A stretch of 64,000 nt of DNA from Elusimicrobiota bacterium. Lineage in GTDB: Bacteria > Elusimicrobiota > Elusimicrobia > F11. The stretch lies in NCBI GenBank assembly GCA_044221725.1, contig JBGAON010000004.1, positions 32,001-96,000 on the forward strand. The letters run 5' to 3'. This document shows positions 9,602-18,406 of this stretch, in pieces (position 1 is the stretch's first letter; the number at the start of each line of letters is the position of its first letter). Under the pieces are notes generated by a model, which worked only from the letters and a program-made list of their open reading frames with translations, searched no databases and was not told where the DNA came from. Made by a program: the position numbers and the translations under genes.

Positions 9602-10591
9602 TCATTCCTTTCGACGTCGCCCGCTTATAAGTTGCAACGCCTCAGCCACATGCGCCGGGGAAATTGCCTTGAGACAACCGTTGCGCTCGTCCGCCATTCG
9701 TACACAAGTGTTTCGAAGGCAGGGAACACACGAGAAAACTTTTCTTTGCAGGGGGGAGAACGGCCCCCACGGTGGAACCGCAAACGTTGGATCGCTCGCT
9801 CCGAAAACAACCACTGTTGGAATTTCAAACGCGGATGCGACGTGCATGATGCCCGAATCGTTGACCACCATCGCGTCGCATTGGTTCACCATCCAGCCCA
9901 ATTGCGGCAACGTTAAACCTCCCGCCGTGTTCACGACAGCGCCATCGATTTTTTCACCGACCGTTTGTACGACGCGTTTCTCTGACGAAGATCCAAACAA
10001 AACAACCGTTCCACCGGTCCTCTGTTGCCAATCGTTCGCTACGGCGGCAAATCTTTCGGGCGCCCAGGTGCGCGCCGGTGCCATTGACACTGGAGCGATG
10101 CCAAGCACCGGCGATTTGAGCGCCGGCGTTGGATTTGGAGGCTCGCTGGGGAAAGTCGGTTTCACGGATTCAAGAGGAAAGGATTCTTCGCCAATAAGAG
10201 CCAAGTAACGGTGCGCGTAGAGGCGCTCAGCCACGTACCCAAAAACATCGGTTAACAAAACGTTGCGAAGATCGCCACCATAGCCGATCCGCCGTGGGAT
10301 GCGACCGAGAAAGGATTCGAGAGCCGCACGGAAGGACCGGGGCAAAATGAAGCTTTCATCGAAGCGCTTTTCGCGCAGCATTCGTCCCACGGCCCAGACG
10401 GAGGAGACCGGGTACGGCAGTTTGATCACATGACGAACCGCCGGATGGGATTCGAAAATAGGTGCCAAATGCGGCACGCACAAGACCGATATCTCATCGT
10501 TCGGCCGTTGCGCATGAAGTCGCGTTAAAAAAACCGTGCTAACCACCGCGTCGCCCAACCATTGCGGCACGCGGACCAAAATCTTTTTCAC
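9602..10591 (-). CDS. waaF: Lipopolysaccharide heptosyltransferase II (GT9)
   Basis: KILVRVPQWLGDAV, ARTWAPERF, VVNDSGIMHVA. Start reassigned to GTG 10591 (TATAAT-N6-GTG). Confidence 0.88.
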   Translation of the reverse strand: MKKILVRVPQWLGDAVVSTVFLTRLHAQRPNDEISVLCVPHLAPIFESHPAVRHVIKLPYPVSSVWAVGRMLREKRFDESFILPRSFRAALESFLGRIPRRIGYGGDLRNVLLTDVFGYVAERLYAHRYLALIGEESFPLESVKPTFPSEPPNPTPALKSPVLGIAPVSMAPARTWAPERFAAVANDWQQRTGGTVVLFGSSSEKRVVQTVGEKIDGAVVNTAGGLTLPQLGWMVNQCDAMVVNDSGIMHVASAFEIPTVVVFGASDPTFAVPPWGPFSPLQRKVFSCVPCLRNTCVRMADERNGCLKAISPAHVAEALQLISGRRRKE

Positions 10592-10670
10592 CGCGGGATT
10601 ATAACGCAAAACAGAAACGGCACCCACAAATCCCCTGGCACCGACGGGGTTTCTCGTTTACGCTTGGCTA

Positions 10671-10686
10671 CGTGACTTTTTGCACG
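10671..10686. promoter_or_regulatory. CRP/FNR-family-like operator upstream of the adenylate cyclase
   Basis: CGTGA-CTTTTT-GCACG, near-identical to 9518-9533; just downstream of a candidate -10 TACGCT (10659-10664). Confidence 0.55.
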
Positions 10687-10700
10687 TTCACAAAAATATC

Positions 10701-11591
10701 ATGCTGAAATGGATTTGGGGACAATACAAAGCGTTGCGCTTCGCATTGGTCGGAGGAGAATTTTTGCCCCGCCTTATCAATTCCATTAAAGAAGTGAGTC
10801 GCGGTCATCTCGATGTCGATTTGCCGATTCCCAAATCAAAAGAATGGGCGGAACTTGCCAATGCGTTTAATCATATGTTGGCGGGATTGCAAGAGCGAGA
10901 CCGCATGCGCCACTCGCTTGGACGCATCATGGATCCGAAAATTGCGGAAATTCTCATCAAGGAAAATCCGAAATTGGGCGGACGACAACGAAAGGCCACA
11001 ATTTTGTTTTGCGATATTCGGAATTACACGCCGTTGTGCGAACAGCTTTCGCCCGTCGAACTTCAGGAATTCCTCAATGAATACTGGAAGGATACGGTCG
11101 AAATCATTATGGAGCAGGAGGGAACCATCGACAAATTCCACGGGGACGGCGTGTGCGTGGTTTTTGGTGCCCCGACCTTACACACGGATGACGCGCTGCG
11201 CGCCGTTCGCACCGCGTGGCGGCTGGTCCAAAATGTCGAACTCATGAACAAGCGGCGCGAGGAACAGAGAAAGATTCCGATTCAGATTGGTATTGGGATC
11301 CACACCGGCGAGGTGATCGCGGGCCACATTGGTTCGGAACGTCGAATGGATTATACCGTCGTCGGGGATGCGGTGAACGTGGCCGCCCGCATAGAAGAGC
11401 TCAACAAAAAGTTTGGAACGAAGATCTTAATTTCCGACGGGGTGTATGAGAAAGTGGAAACGAATGTACGAGTGAAAACGATCACGCTTGCGCACTTGCG
11501 CGGGCACAAAAAACCGATTCTCATTCACACGCTGCGGGAGTTTTTTGAGATTCCGGATTCGGCGACGAATATTTCGGCAAACGCCGCTTAA
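10701..11591 (+). CDS. Class III adenylate cyclase with N-terminal HAMP domain
   Basis: ILFCDIRNYT, IDKFHGDG (ATP-specifying Lys), GIGIHTGEV, DYTVVGDAVNVAARIE; HAMP EWAELANAFNHM. Start is ATG 10701 or TTG 10680. Confidence 0.9.
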   Translation: MLKWIWGQYKALRFALVGGEFLPRLINSIKEVSRGHLDVDLPIPKSKEWAELANAFNHMLAGLQERDRMRHSLGRIMDPKIAEILIKENPKLGGRQRKATILFCDIRNYTPLCEQLSPVELQEFLNEYWKDTVEIIMEQEGTIDKFHGDGVCVVFGAPTLHTDDALRAVRTAWRLVQNVELMNKRREEQRKIPIQIGIGIHTGEVIAGHIGSERRMDYTVVGDAVNVAARIEELNKKFGTKILISDGVYEKVETNVRVKTITLAHLRGHKKPILIHTLREFFEIPDSATNISANAA

Positions 11592-11605
11592 TCGGTAGAG
11601 GAGAT

Positions 11606-12763
11606 TTACTGAAGCGATCCAACGATCGCTTCGTTGGTCGGATACTTGCGAAGAAGTTCTGTTAAAGCCTGCGCCGCTTCCACTTCACTCATGCCGGCCA
11701 GGGCCTGGCGTAACGTATGACTGGCCTTTAGTTCTTCTGGCGTAAAAAGTTTTTCTTCTTTTCGTGTTCCCGATTCTCGGATGTTGATGGCCGGGAAAAT
11801 ACGACGATCCGAAACTTCTCGCGAAAGCACCACTTCCATGTTGCCGGTGCCTTTAAATTCCTGGAAGATCACATCGTCCATACGGCTTCCGGTCTGAACC
11901 AAGATTGTGGCAAGAATTCCGATGGAGCCGCCATTTTCAATGTTGCGAGCGGTTCCAAAAATTTTTCGCGGGATCAACAAACCCTGAGCGTCCACACCGC
12001 CGGAGAGCGTGCGTCCACCACCCCGCACAGCGTTATTGTGAACACGTGCAAGCCGGGTCAAAGAGTCGATCAAAATCATCACATGCTTGCCGGCGGCGGC
12101 TTCTTCGACGGCTTGGCGCATTAATTCTTTCGCGACACGAATATGGTTCTCGTACGGTTGGTCCGACGTGGACCAGCGGACTTCGGCAGAAACACTGCGA
12201 CGGAAATCGGTTACTTCCTCGGGGCGTTCATCAATCAAAAGCACGTACACCTTCATGTCCGGTTCGGCCGCGGTAATCGCTTGGCAAATGTGTTTAAGGA
12301 ATGTCGTTTTTCCGGACTTTGGAGGAGAAACAATGAGCCCGCGCTGACCTTTGCCGATTGGACACAACAAGTCCATCGCGCGAATCGTTGGTTCGTTTAG
12401 TCCTTTGGTTAAGCGGATGCGAGGAGCCGGATCAACAGCCATTCCGGAGAAAAATTGAACTTCGGCGGGAGTTTCGACCTCACGTTGCGGCGGTCGTTGA
12501 AACCGCGGCCGATCAAAGCGCCGCTGGCCACCGTTGTGATGATTGTTTTGGCGGTGACCACCACCCGGACCACCACCCGAATACCCGCGATGACCCGGAC
12601 CACGACCGGGACCACGCCCTTGTCCGCGGTTTTGGGAACCACCGGGATTGTTGGCGTATCCTTGATTGTTGGAACCTTGACCGGAGTGTCGGTTTGGGCG
12701 GCCATACGGATTGTTCGCGCCACGGTTCTGCTGTTTGTTCTGCCAGGATCGGTTGTTTTGCAT
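11606..12763 (-). CDS. rho: Transcription termination factor Rho-like ATPase lacking the N-terminal RNA-binding domain
   Basis: PIGKGQRGLIVSPPKSGKT, LIDERPEEVTD, TLSGGVD, EFKGTGNME, SGTRKEE; the first ~95 aa are N/Q/G/R-rich low complexity. Confidence 0.9.
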   Translation of the reverse strand: MQNNRSWQNKQQNRGANNPYGRPNRHSGQGSNNQGYANNPGGSQNRGQGRGPGRGPGHRGYSGGGPGGGHRQNNHHNGGQRRFDRPRFQRPPQREVETPAEVQFFSGMAVDPAPRIRLTKGLNEPTIRAMDLLCPIGKGQRGLIVSPPKSGKTTFLKHICQAITAAEPDMKVYVLLIDERPEEVTDFRRSVSAEVRWSTSDQPYENHIRVAKELMRQAVEEAAAGKHVMILIDSLTRLARVHNNAVRGGGRTLSGGVDAQGLLIPRKIFGTARNIENGGSIGILATILVQTGSRMDDVIFQEFKGTGNMEVVLSREVSDRRIFPAINIRESGTRKEEKLFTPEELKASHTLRQALAGMSEVEAAQALTELLRKYPTNEAIVGSLQ

Positions 12764-12802
12764 GACTAGGAAGGTCGAACGACGACGGAGCGTAGCATAA
12801 AT

Positions 12803-13393
12803 TTAAACAGCAACACCTTTTTTCTTCGACGTTTTGACCAACATTCCCACTCCCAATATAAGGAAAAATAAAAAGCTTGTGATACCAACGAAAAGAGTTT
12901 GCTTCACGTTTTGCGCGGCCTGAGGAAATAAAAGCACCGAAACCTTCGGCCCATTTTCTCCCGCTGTGTAGACACCGCTCAATGTGTACGTGCCGGGCGT
13001 TTGAATCGCAAAATTAAAAAGCGGCAATCCTCGAAGTCCGAACTGATGAAACGCTTGTCCGGTTGTGTTCATCATGACCGGCACTTCTTCGTAATCTTCC
13101 TTGGACATCACGCGAACATCCATTTGCGTGAGCTCTTTCAATGGCAACGGGCCATTGCCCCGGTGCTGGTAAACGCCCGCGTAAAGACCCGCGGTATCCA
13201 GCTTCAGTTCGTGAAAACCCGGCAGCTCAAGCACACGGATACGCCCGCCGTTTAATAGGCCCTCGTACAGGCTAAATCCGAGGATCAGGACCGAAGCGAC
13301 GATCGATATGATACCAAGGCCGATTAAAAATCCGCGCTCCATAAAGAACGGATGTGCCGGATGCTTTATTTTTTTAAGTTCGGCGTTCCACAT
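12803..13393 (-). CDS. Hypothetical membrane protein (2 TM with a beta-rich loop)
   Basis: N- and C-terminal hydrophobic helices; coupled to the upstream reductase gene. Confidence 0.7.
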   Translation of the reverse strand: MWNAELKKIKHPAHPFFMERGFLIGLGIISIVASVLILGFSLYEGLLNGGRIRVLELPGFHELKLDTAGLYAGVYQHRGNGPLPLKELTQMDVRVMSKEDYEEVPVMMNTTGQAFHQFGLRGLPLFNFAIQTPGTYTLSGVYTAGENGPKVSVLLFPQAAQNVKQTLFVGITSFLFFLILGVGMLVKTSKKKGVAV

Positions 13394-13399
13394 TCGAGG

Positions 13400-14371
13400 T
13401 TAATCCCACCACCCGTAAAAATTTCGTTGCCAAGCGTGCTTCCGCAATTCATCCATGGTTTTGTTCGACAACGCGCGAGAACCGCTAATCTTTGCGTTCA
13501 ACAGAACGTTCTTAACCGATCGCATGCCGGGAATAACCGTGGATACCGCGGAATGGCCGAGCACAAATTTGATAGCCAGCTCGGGCATGGTTGCCGCTTC
13601 GGCTCCAAGAAATTTCTTTAGTTTCTCGACGCGATCGACGGTTTCTATCAGGTTGTTGCCCTGAAAATAATTGCGCCGGAAATCGCCTTTTTCAAACGTC
13701 ATCTGCTTTGTGAGAGTCCCGGTCAGCCCACCTTCATCCAACGGTACCCGGACAATGACACCCACGGAATGTTTCTCGCACAGGGGGAACAACTTTTCCG
13801 TTGGCGATTGGTCAAAGATATTAAAAATAACTTGGACTGTGTCGATAATTCCCGATTCGACAAGTTGGAGGGCCGAGTCGGGTTCGTGGTCGTTGATCGA
13901 AACACCAAACGCGCGGATTTTTCCTGACCGCTTCAGTTGGCGAATGGTTTCGAGCCAGTCCCCCTGTTTGATCCACGCGTCGGACCACACGTGCAACTGC
14001 GTTAAATCCAACGTCTCACGTTTTAAATTCTTGAGGCTTCGCTCGGTGCAAGAAACAATCCATTCCGCCGGAAAGACATCGTTCGCCGGTGTTTTTGGGT
14101 TCGCCGGCCATTCGTCGTTTTTCGGTGGAATTTTCGTGGCGATGATCGCCGGCTTACCGGCCAGCGCTTGCGCCATCAATTGTTCGCTATGACCGTCGCC
14201 GTAAACGTACGCGGTGTCAAAAAAGTTAATTCCCGCGTCCCACGCAGTCGCCAGCGCCCGTAGCGATTCGTTGTCGTCGGTGGTGCCCCACCATGTACGG
14301 CCGATACCCCAGCCGCCGTATCCGATTTCCGATATGTTCCAGTTTGTCTTTCCGAGCTTTCGTTGATTCAT
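13400..14371 (-). CDS. Aldo/keto reductase
   Basis: GINFFDTAYVYGDGHSE, IATK, SLKNLKRETLDLTQLH, GKIRAFGVS, TVIPG. Confidence 0.95.
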   Translation of the reverse strand: MNQRKLGKTNWNISEIGYGGWGIGRTWWGTTDDNESLRALATAWDAGINFFDTAYVYGDGHSEQLMAQALAGKPAIIATKIPPKNDEWPANPKTPANDVFPAEWIVSCTERSLKNLKRETLDLTQLHVWSDAWIKQGDWLETIRQLKRSGKIRAFGVSINDHEPDSALQLVESGIIDTVQVIFNIFDQSPTEKLFPLCEKHSVGVIVRVPLDEGGLTGTLTKQMTFEKGDFRRNYFQGNNLIETVDRVEKLKKFLGAEAATMPELAIKFVLGHSAVSTVIPGMRSVKNVLLNAKISGSRALSNKTMDELRKHAWQRNFYGWWD

Positions 14372-14397
14372 ATAAAATCCTTTTGCACCACTTTCTT

Positions 14398-14562
14398 ATG
14401 GATGACGAATATAAAAAATTGCTGGAGGAGACCATCGCCAAGCTAAAGGCGGCGGGCGTGAAACCGTGTCCCAAGCACGAGTGGCTCTCCATGAACTCGA
14501 ACGGCGCCTGCGAGGCGTGCAAGAAAGAAGATTTTCCGGATGACTTCTTAGGAACCGAGTAA
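14398..14562 (+). CDS. Small putative zinc-binding protein (54 aa)
   Basis: MDDEYKKLLEETIAKLKAAGVKPCPKH...CEACKKE; fills an otherwise empty gap. Confidence 0.5.
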   Translation: MDDEYKKLLEETIAKLKAAGVKPCPKHEWLSMNSNGACEACKKEDFPDDFLGTE

Positions 14563-15126
14563 AAGAAATGTAACCGCGCTCGCGACCGGAATCAAAAAAT
14601 TGTCGTTCACGCCCGCGTTCAACACTTCCACCGCTGTCGCCACCGCCGCACCGATAACAACCCACGACCAGCCATAGGTTGTTTTTATCATCGCGTTGCC
14701 AATAAATACGCACATCACGAAACACGCGGCGCTTCCGGCGAGCGATTTTTCGGAGTTCGGCCAGCGAAGACCGCCGACGCGTTTCCCAACGAGACTCGCC
14801 GCCGCATCACCGAATAATAAGTAGAGCAAACTTACGGTCGCGAGCGAGACCGGTTTCAGCAAATTCGCTACCACCGTCACGCCAAGCAACATCCAAAAAA
14901 CACCGGATAGTCGGTTTTGCTCGCTCGGCCGTAATATTCCGCCAAACGTCCGAACGCACCGTTCATTAATGGTTGCAAACTTAATGCGCACGATTTCAAA
15001 AATAAATTCGACCGTCAGCAAAAGAAACAAAAGCATGAGGTAGCGATCGCGCGGCAAATAAATGAGCCCGATGACATACACCAGCCCACACAAATGAAAC
15101 AGTTTCCGTTTAATCTCAGCCCACAC
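14548..15126 (-). CDS. CTP-dependent polyprenol/diacylglycerol kinase-like protein (SEC59/DGK1/VTE5 type)
   Basis: EIKRKLFH, FGDAAASLVGK, KSLAGS, NDNFLIP. Confidence 0.88.
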   Translation of the reverse strand: MWAEIKRKLFHLCGLVYVIGLIYLPRDRYLMLLFLLLTVEFIFEIVRIKFATINERCVRTFGGILRPSEQNRLSGVFWMLLGVTVVANLLKPVSLATVSLLYLLFGDAAASLVGKRVGGLRWPNSEKSLAGSAACFVMCVFIGNAMIKTTYGWSWVVIGAAVATAVEVLNAGVNDNFLIPVASAVTFLLLGS

Positions 15127-16789
15127 GCGCTGACACCCGGTTGATGAACAAGGATTCGATTTGCTGGCGCATAAAACTTATCGGCACTTCCTGCGCGTGA
15201 CGCGTTAGCTCACCAGCAACATCACGTTTGTCGATCTGACCATGTTCAACCATTGCGCGCATTTGCTGAAGATTGTAGGGCCAGACGAAGCGGTATTCCC
15301 GCGTTTTTATTACGCGATCAAATTTGGGCATTCGTTTAACAAACACGAGCGCCGTATCGTCCCAATACACGAGGGCCCAATCTTTTCGCGGAAAAACGAG
15401 ATTCTCCCAGGCAAACGCAAACGGCGTGCGACCGCGGGGGGGAATCGCGTAGGCGCGATAGTCGGTAATCGCATAATCCACGCCGTATTGGCGAAGGTAC
15501 GATTGCCAAGCGCCCCCATCGGGGTTTTTGAAAAGCCCACTGTCCAAGCGGTCTTGATCCACCAACAACGGCTGGAACAGGTAACGTCCGTCTTTGAACA
15601 CGGGGTGATGGGAGCCGAGCACCCATTCGATGTAACCGCCAAAATGGTACGTGTTGTACATCGTTCCCTGAATTCCTTGGGTTGAGACGAAGCGGCAAGC
15701 GCCGGCAGGGTACCTGTCTTCTTGAACCAATCTTTTTGGAACAGGCCGCTTGAAAAGAGGCGCCATTGCCAACGCCACCATTGCGCACGCCGTCCAGCCG
15801 ATCCGGCGCCATGTTGCGGATGAGAAACGACGGGATAGCGCGGCGTTGCTCACGATGAATTCACCAATAAAAGGCCACACGAAGAACGGCAAGAACACGG
15901 AATTGCGAAAATGGCGAGCGCCCCATACACCAAATACGACGACCGCCGGCAACCATAACTTTGCGACAGATTTATTTTTTAGAAGACCCCAAGCGAGCGC
16001 CATTACGCCCACAAAAAAAGTAAACCAAAACACCGGTATTTCGGCGAGATCCGGAGCGGCCCATTCTTGAATCACTTGCGGCCCCATAAAAAGCTGAAAC
16101 AGATGTTCAACCAACACTTCCGCCAAATAGGGCCCGTACGGATTGATCAGCGCGGCCACGAGCATCAGCACAAGTGTCCGGTCCAAAAACGAAATGTAGG
16201 CATCGTTTTCTTTTGCGTAGCGGGCTCCAATCAAAAACAGGGTGATGATTCCGAGTCCGTAGATGAACCCCGCGTGCAAGTTGCACCATGCGATCATGAG
16301 AAAAAACAACAGCCATGAAAGTATTTTCGTCTGGCCGCGGGACTTCTCTCGAGCATAAAGCAGTGCCTGCAGAAGAAGGGGAACGAAGATGAGCGTAACG
16401 AGCTCCACGCGTTCGAAGAGCCGAAATTTTATGACAAGGAACCCGACCAGGGTGAGGAACCAGAGAGCCGGCCCAGCAATCTTCACGCGCCGAAGCAGCG
16501 CCACGTACAACGCTGTCACGCCAAAACCAAGGACAAGTTTTGCGATAAGAACGGCTTTGAGTCCCATGCTATTGACGCTCACGTATAACAGAACCTGACT
16601 TAGCCATTCAAAGTCGACCCATGGGACGCCGCGCATTGTGTGGGAAAACGTCTCGGTTCGCAGGAAAGCGCGGTTCACGACAAGGGTGCGCCCCGACGCT
16701 AAATGCCACCACAAATCCGGGTCGAAAAGCGGTTGATGGATTGTCTTGTAAACCAGGGCGCCCATCCATAACCAAAGCGCACCGCTCAA
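15116..16789 (-). CDS. Multi-pass membrane protein, GT-C glycosyltransferase-like
   Basis: DPDLWWHLASG, FSHT, EWLSQ, WCNLHAGF, INPYG, IQEW and KDGR motifs; many TM segments. Confidence 0.7.
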   Translation of the reverse strand: MSGALWLWMGALVYKTIHQPLFDPDLWWHLASGRTLVVNRAFLRTETFSHTMRGVPWVDFEWLSQVLLYVSVNSMGLKAVLIAKLVLGFGVTALYVALLRRVKIAGPALWFLTLVGFLVIKFRLFERVELVTLIFVPLLLQALLYAREKSRGQTKILSWLLFFLMIAWCNLHAGFIYGLGIITLFLIGARYAKENDAYISFLDRTLVLMLVAALINPYGPYLAEVLVEHLFQLFMGPQVIQEWAAPDLAEIPVFWFTFFVGVMALAWGLLKNKSVAKLWLPAVVVFGVWGARHFRNSVFLPFFVWPFIGEFIVSNAALSRRFSSATWRRIGWTACAMVALAMAPLFKRPVPKRLVQEDRYPAGACRFVSTQGIQGTMYNTYHFGGYIEWVLGSHHPVFKDGRYLFQPLLVDQDRLDSGLFKNPDGGAWQSYLRQYGVDYAITDYRAYAIPPRGRTPFAFAWENLVFPRKDWALVYWDDTALVFVKRMPKFDRVIKTREYRFVWPYNLQQMRAMVEHGQIDKRDVAGELTRHAQEVPISFMRQQIESLFINRVSARVG

Positions 16790-16907
16790 AATTCGCTCAA
16801 AAATGGGCGAAATTTCGATACGAATATCTTTCCGCGTTTTTTAATCCCTCCTTAAGGCGGTCTTAACGTTGCGTTATCATCATTAAAGCATAAGGAGGAA
16901 CCCAACC

Positions 16908-17102
16908 ATGGATTCCATACAGAACTTCCGAGCGAGACTTGAACTTCTCGACTCCATGCTAAGCAAACTGAAAACGGGGCATTCGCGCATGAACCAACTG
17001 AAGCGCAGCGTTTACGTGTTGCGCGCTTTGTTGAAAGATCAAAACGGCATCAAATCGCCCTACGGACCGGCGACCCCGATCGTTCAATTCTCACTGCAAT
17101 AA
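16908..17102 (+). CDS. Small hypothetical protein
   Basis: Strong SD AAGGAGG; candidate -10 TATCAT at 16875-16880. Confidence 0.6.
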   Translation: MDSIQNFRARLELLDSMLSKLKTGHSRMNQLKRSVYVLRALLKDQNGIKSPYGPATPIVQFSLQ

Positions 17103-17156
17103 TTTTCCGCTGATATAATCGCCCTGTGATGTTAAATCCTTCTCAGGAGCGACGGC

Positions 17157-18404
17157 GTGCGAAAAAATTCCCTGCTGTTGGTTGGCCTGCTCTTCGGAGC
17201 GCGTGTTGTCTGCTCCTCCGATTACCAAAATCCCCGCTTGATTAACGTAAAGAAACTGGCCCCCGGTATCGTTGTCGATATTCGGTACGCTACCACCGAC
17301 AATTTCGCCCACCAGAAGCTTTATCCGGTCGGCGATGTTTGTCTGCTGTGCGAGCCGGCCGCGGAACGCTTGGCGCGTGTGCAGCGGAACCTCGAGAAAC
17401 AGGGCCTGGGCCTCAAAGTGTGGGATTGCTACCGTCCGATTTCTGTTCAGAAAAAGCTGTGGGACATTGTGCCCGACGATCGTTATGTGGCCAACCCAAA
17501 AACCGGTTCCCGTCACAATCGGGGCGCATCGGTGGACCTCACGCTCGTTGATAAAAACGGAGACGAACTCGAAATGCCCACGGTGTTTGACGAATTTAGC
17601 GAAAAAGCCCACCGCAATTTTATGGATTTGCCAGCAGCCGCCCTGAAGAACCGCGCGCTTTTGCAGAGCGCCATGGAAGCGGAGGGTTTTCTTCCGCTTC
17701 CCACCGAATGGTGGCACTTTGATTCTCCTGAATGGAGTCAGTATGCTCTGCGCGATGAACCTTTGGGAGACACTTCTTTGCTAACCGACAAATTTGCGGT
17801 GCCGAGCGAGACCACTCAGTTTATTAAGGTAAGTGTGGATGGCATGACCGCGCGGACGGGACGCCTGCAACGTTTCGAAAAAATTGGTTCCGAATGGAAA
17901 CCCGTCGGTGAAGCGTGGCCCGTCAGTGTCGGCGTTAAAGGTGTCGTTCGTCAAACCGACAAGAAAGAAGGTGACAACAAAGCGCCGCTCGGAGTTTTTA
18001 AGCTTGGCCGCGCCTACGGGTATGCGGAGAGCGCGCCCGATGGAAGTGCGTGGCCGTATCAGCACGTGGACGAGCATTGGCGCTGCGTCGACGATCCAGA
18101 TTCACCGCGGTACAACCAAATATTTCGTCCCGATCCTGCTGAGAAGAAAAATTGGAAGTCGGCCGAGCTCATGAAGCGCAATGATCATCTTTATAAGTGG
18201 GTGATTAATATTGAGCAGAACAGTCCCGCCAAGGCAGGATGTGGCAGCTGTATTTTTCTGCATGTGTGGCGAAAACCCAATTCCCCCACGGAAGGCTGCA
18301 CGGCCATGGCCGAAGAGAATATGGTGGAGCTGCTCCGGTGGCTAAAGCCCGACGCGCATCCGGTGCTCATGCAAACGCTCGCCACGATTGGCGCCGCGCG
18401 GTAG
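17157..18404 (+). CDS. Secreted D-Ala-D-Ala dipeptidase (M15D, VanX/DdpX) fused to an L,D-transpeptidase-family domain
   Basis: WDCYRP, SRHNRGASVD, EWWHF; then KKEGDNKAPLGVF and CIFLHVW...PTEGC; N-terminal signal peptide. Confidence 0.88.
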   Translation: MRKNSLLLVGLLFGARVVCSSDYQNPRLINVKKLAPGIVVDIRYATTDNFAHQKLYPVGDVCLLCEPAAERLARVQRNLEKQGLGLKVWDCYRPISVQKKLWDIVPDDRYVANPKTGSRHNRGASVDLTLVDKNGDELEMPTVFDEFSEKAHRNFMDLPAAALKNRALLQSAMEAEGFLPLPTEWWHFDSPEWSQYALRDEPLGDTSLLTDKFAVPSETTQFIKVSVDGMTARTGRLQRFEKIGSEWKPVGEAWPVSVGVKGVVRQTDKKEGDNKAPLGVFKLGRAYGYAESAPDGSAWPYQHVDEHWRCVDDPDSPRYNQIFRPDPAEKKNWKSAELMKRNDHLYKWVINIEQNSPAKAGCGSCIFLHVWRKPNSPTEGCTAMAEENMVELLRWLKPDAHPVLMQTLATIGAAR

Positions 18405-18406
18405 TT

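Noticed and set aside
12480..12763. Short imperfect tandem repeats (GACCACGACC-like)
   Set aside because: They encode the Rho low-complexity N-terminus; there is no repeat-spacer structure.
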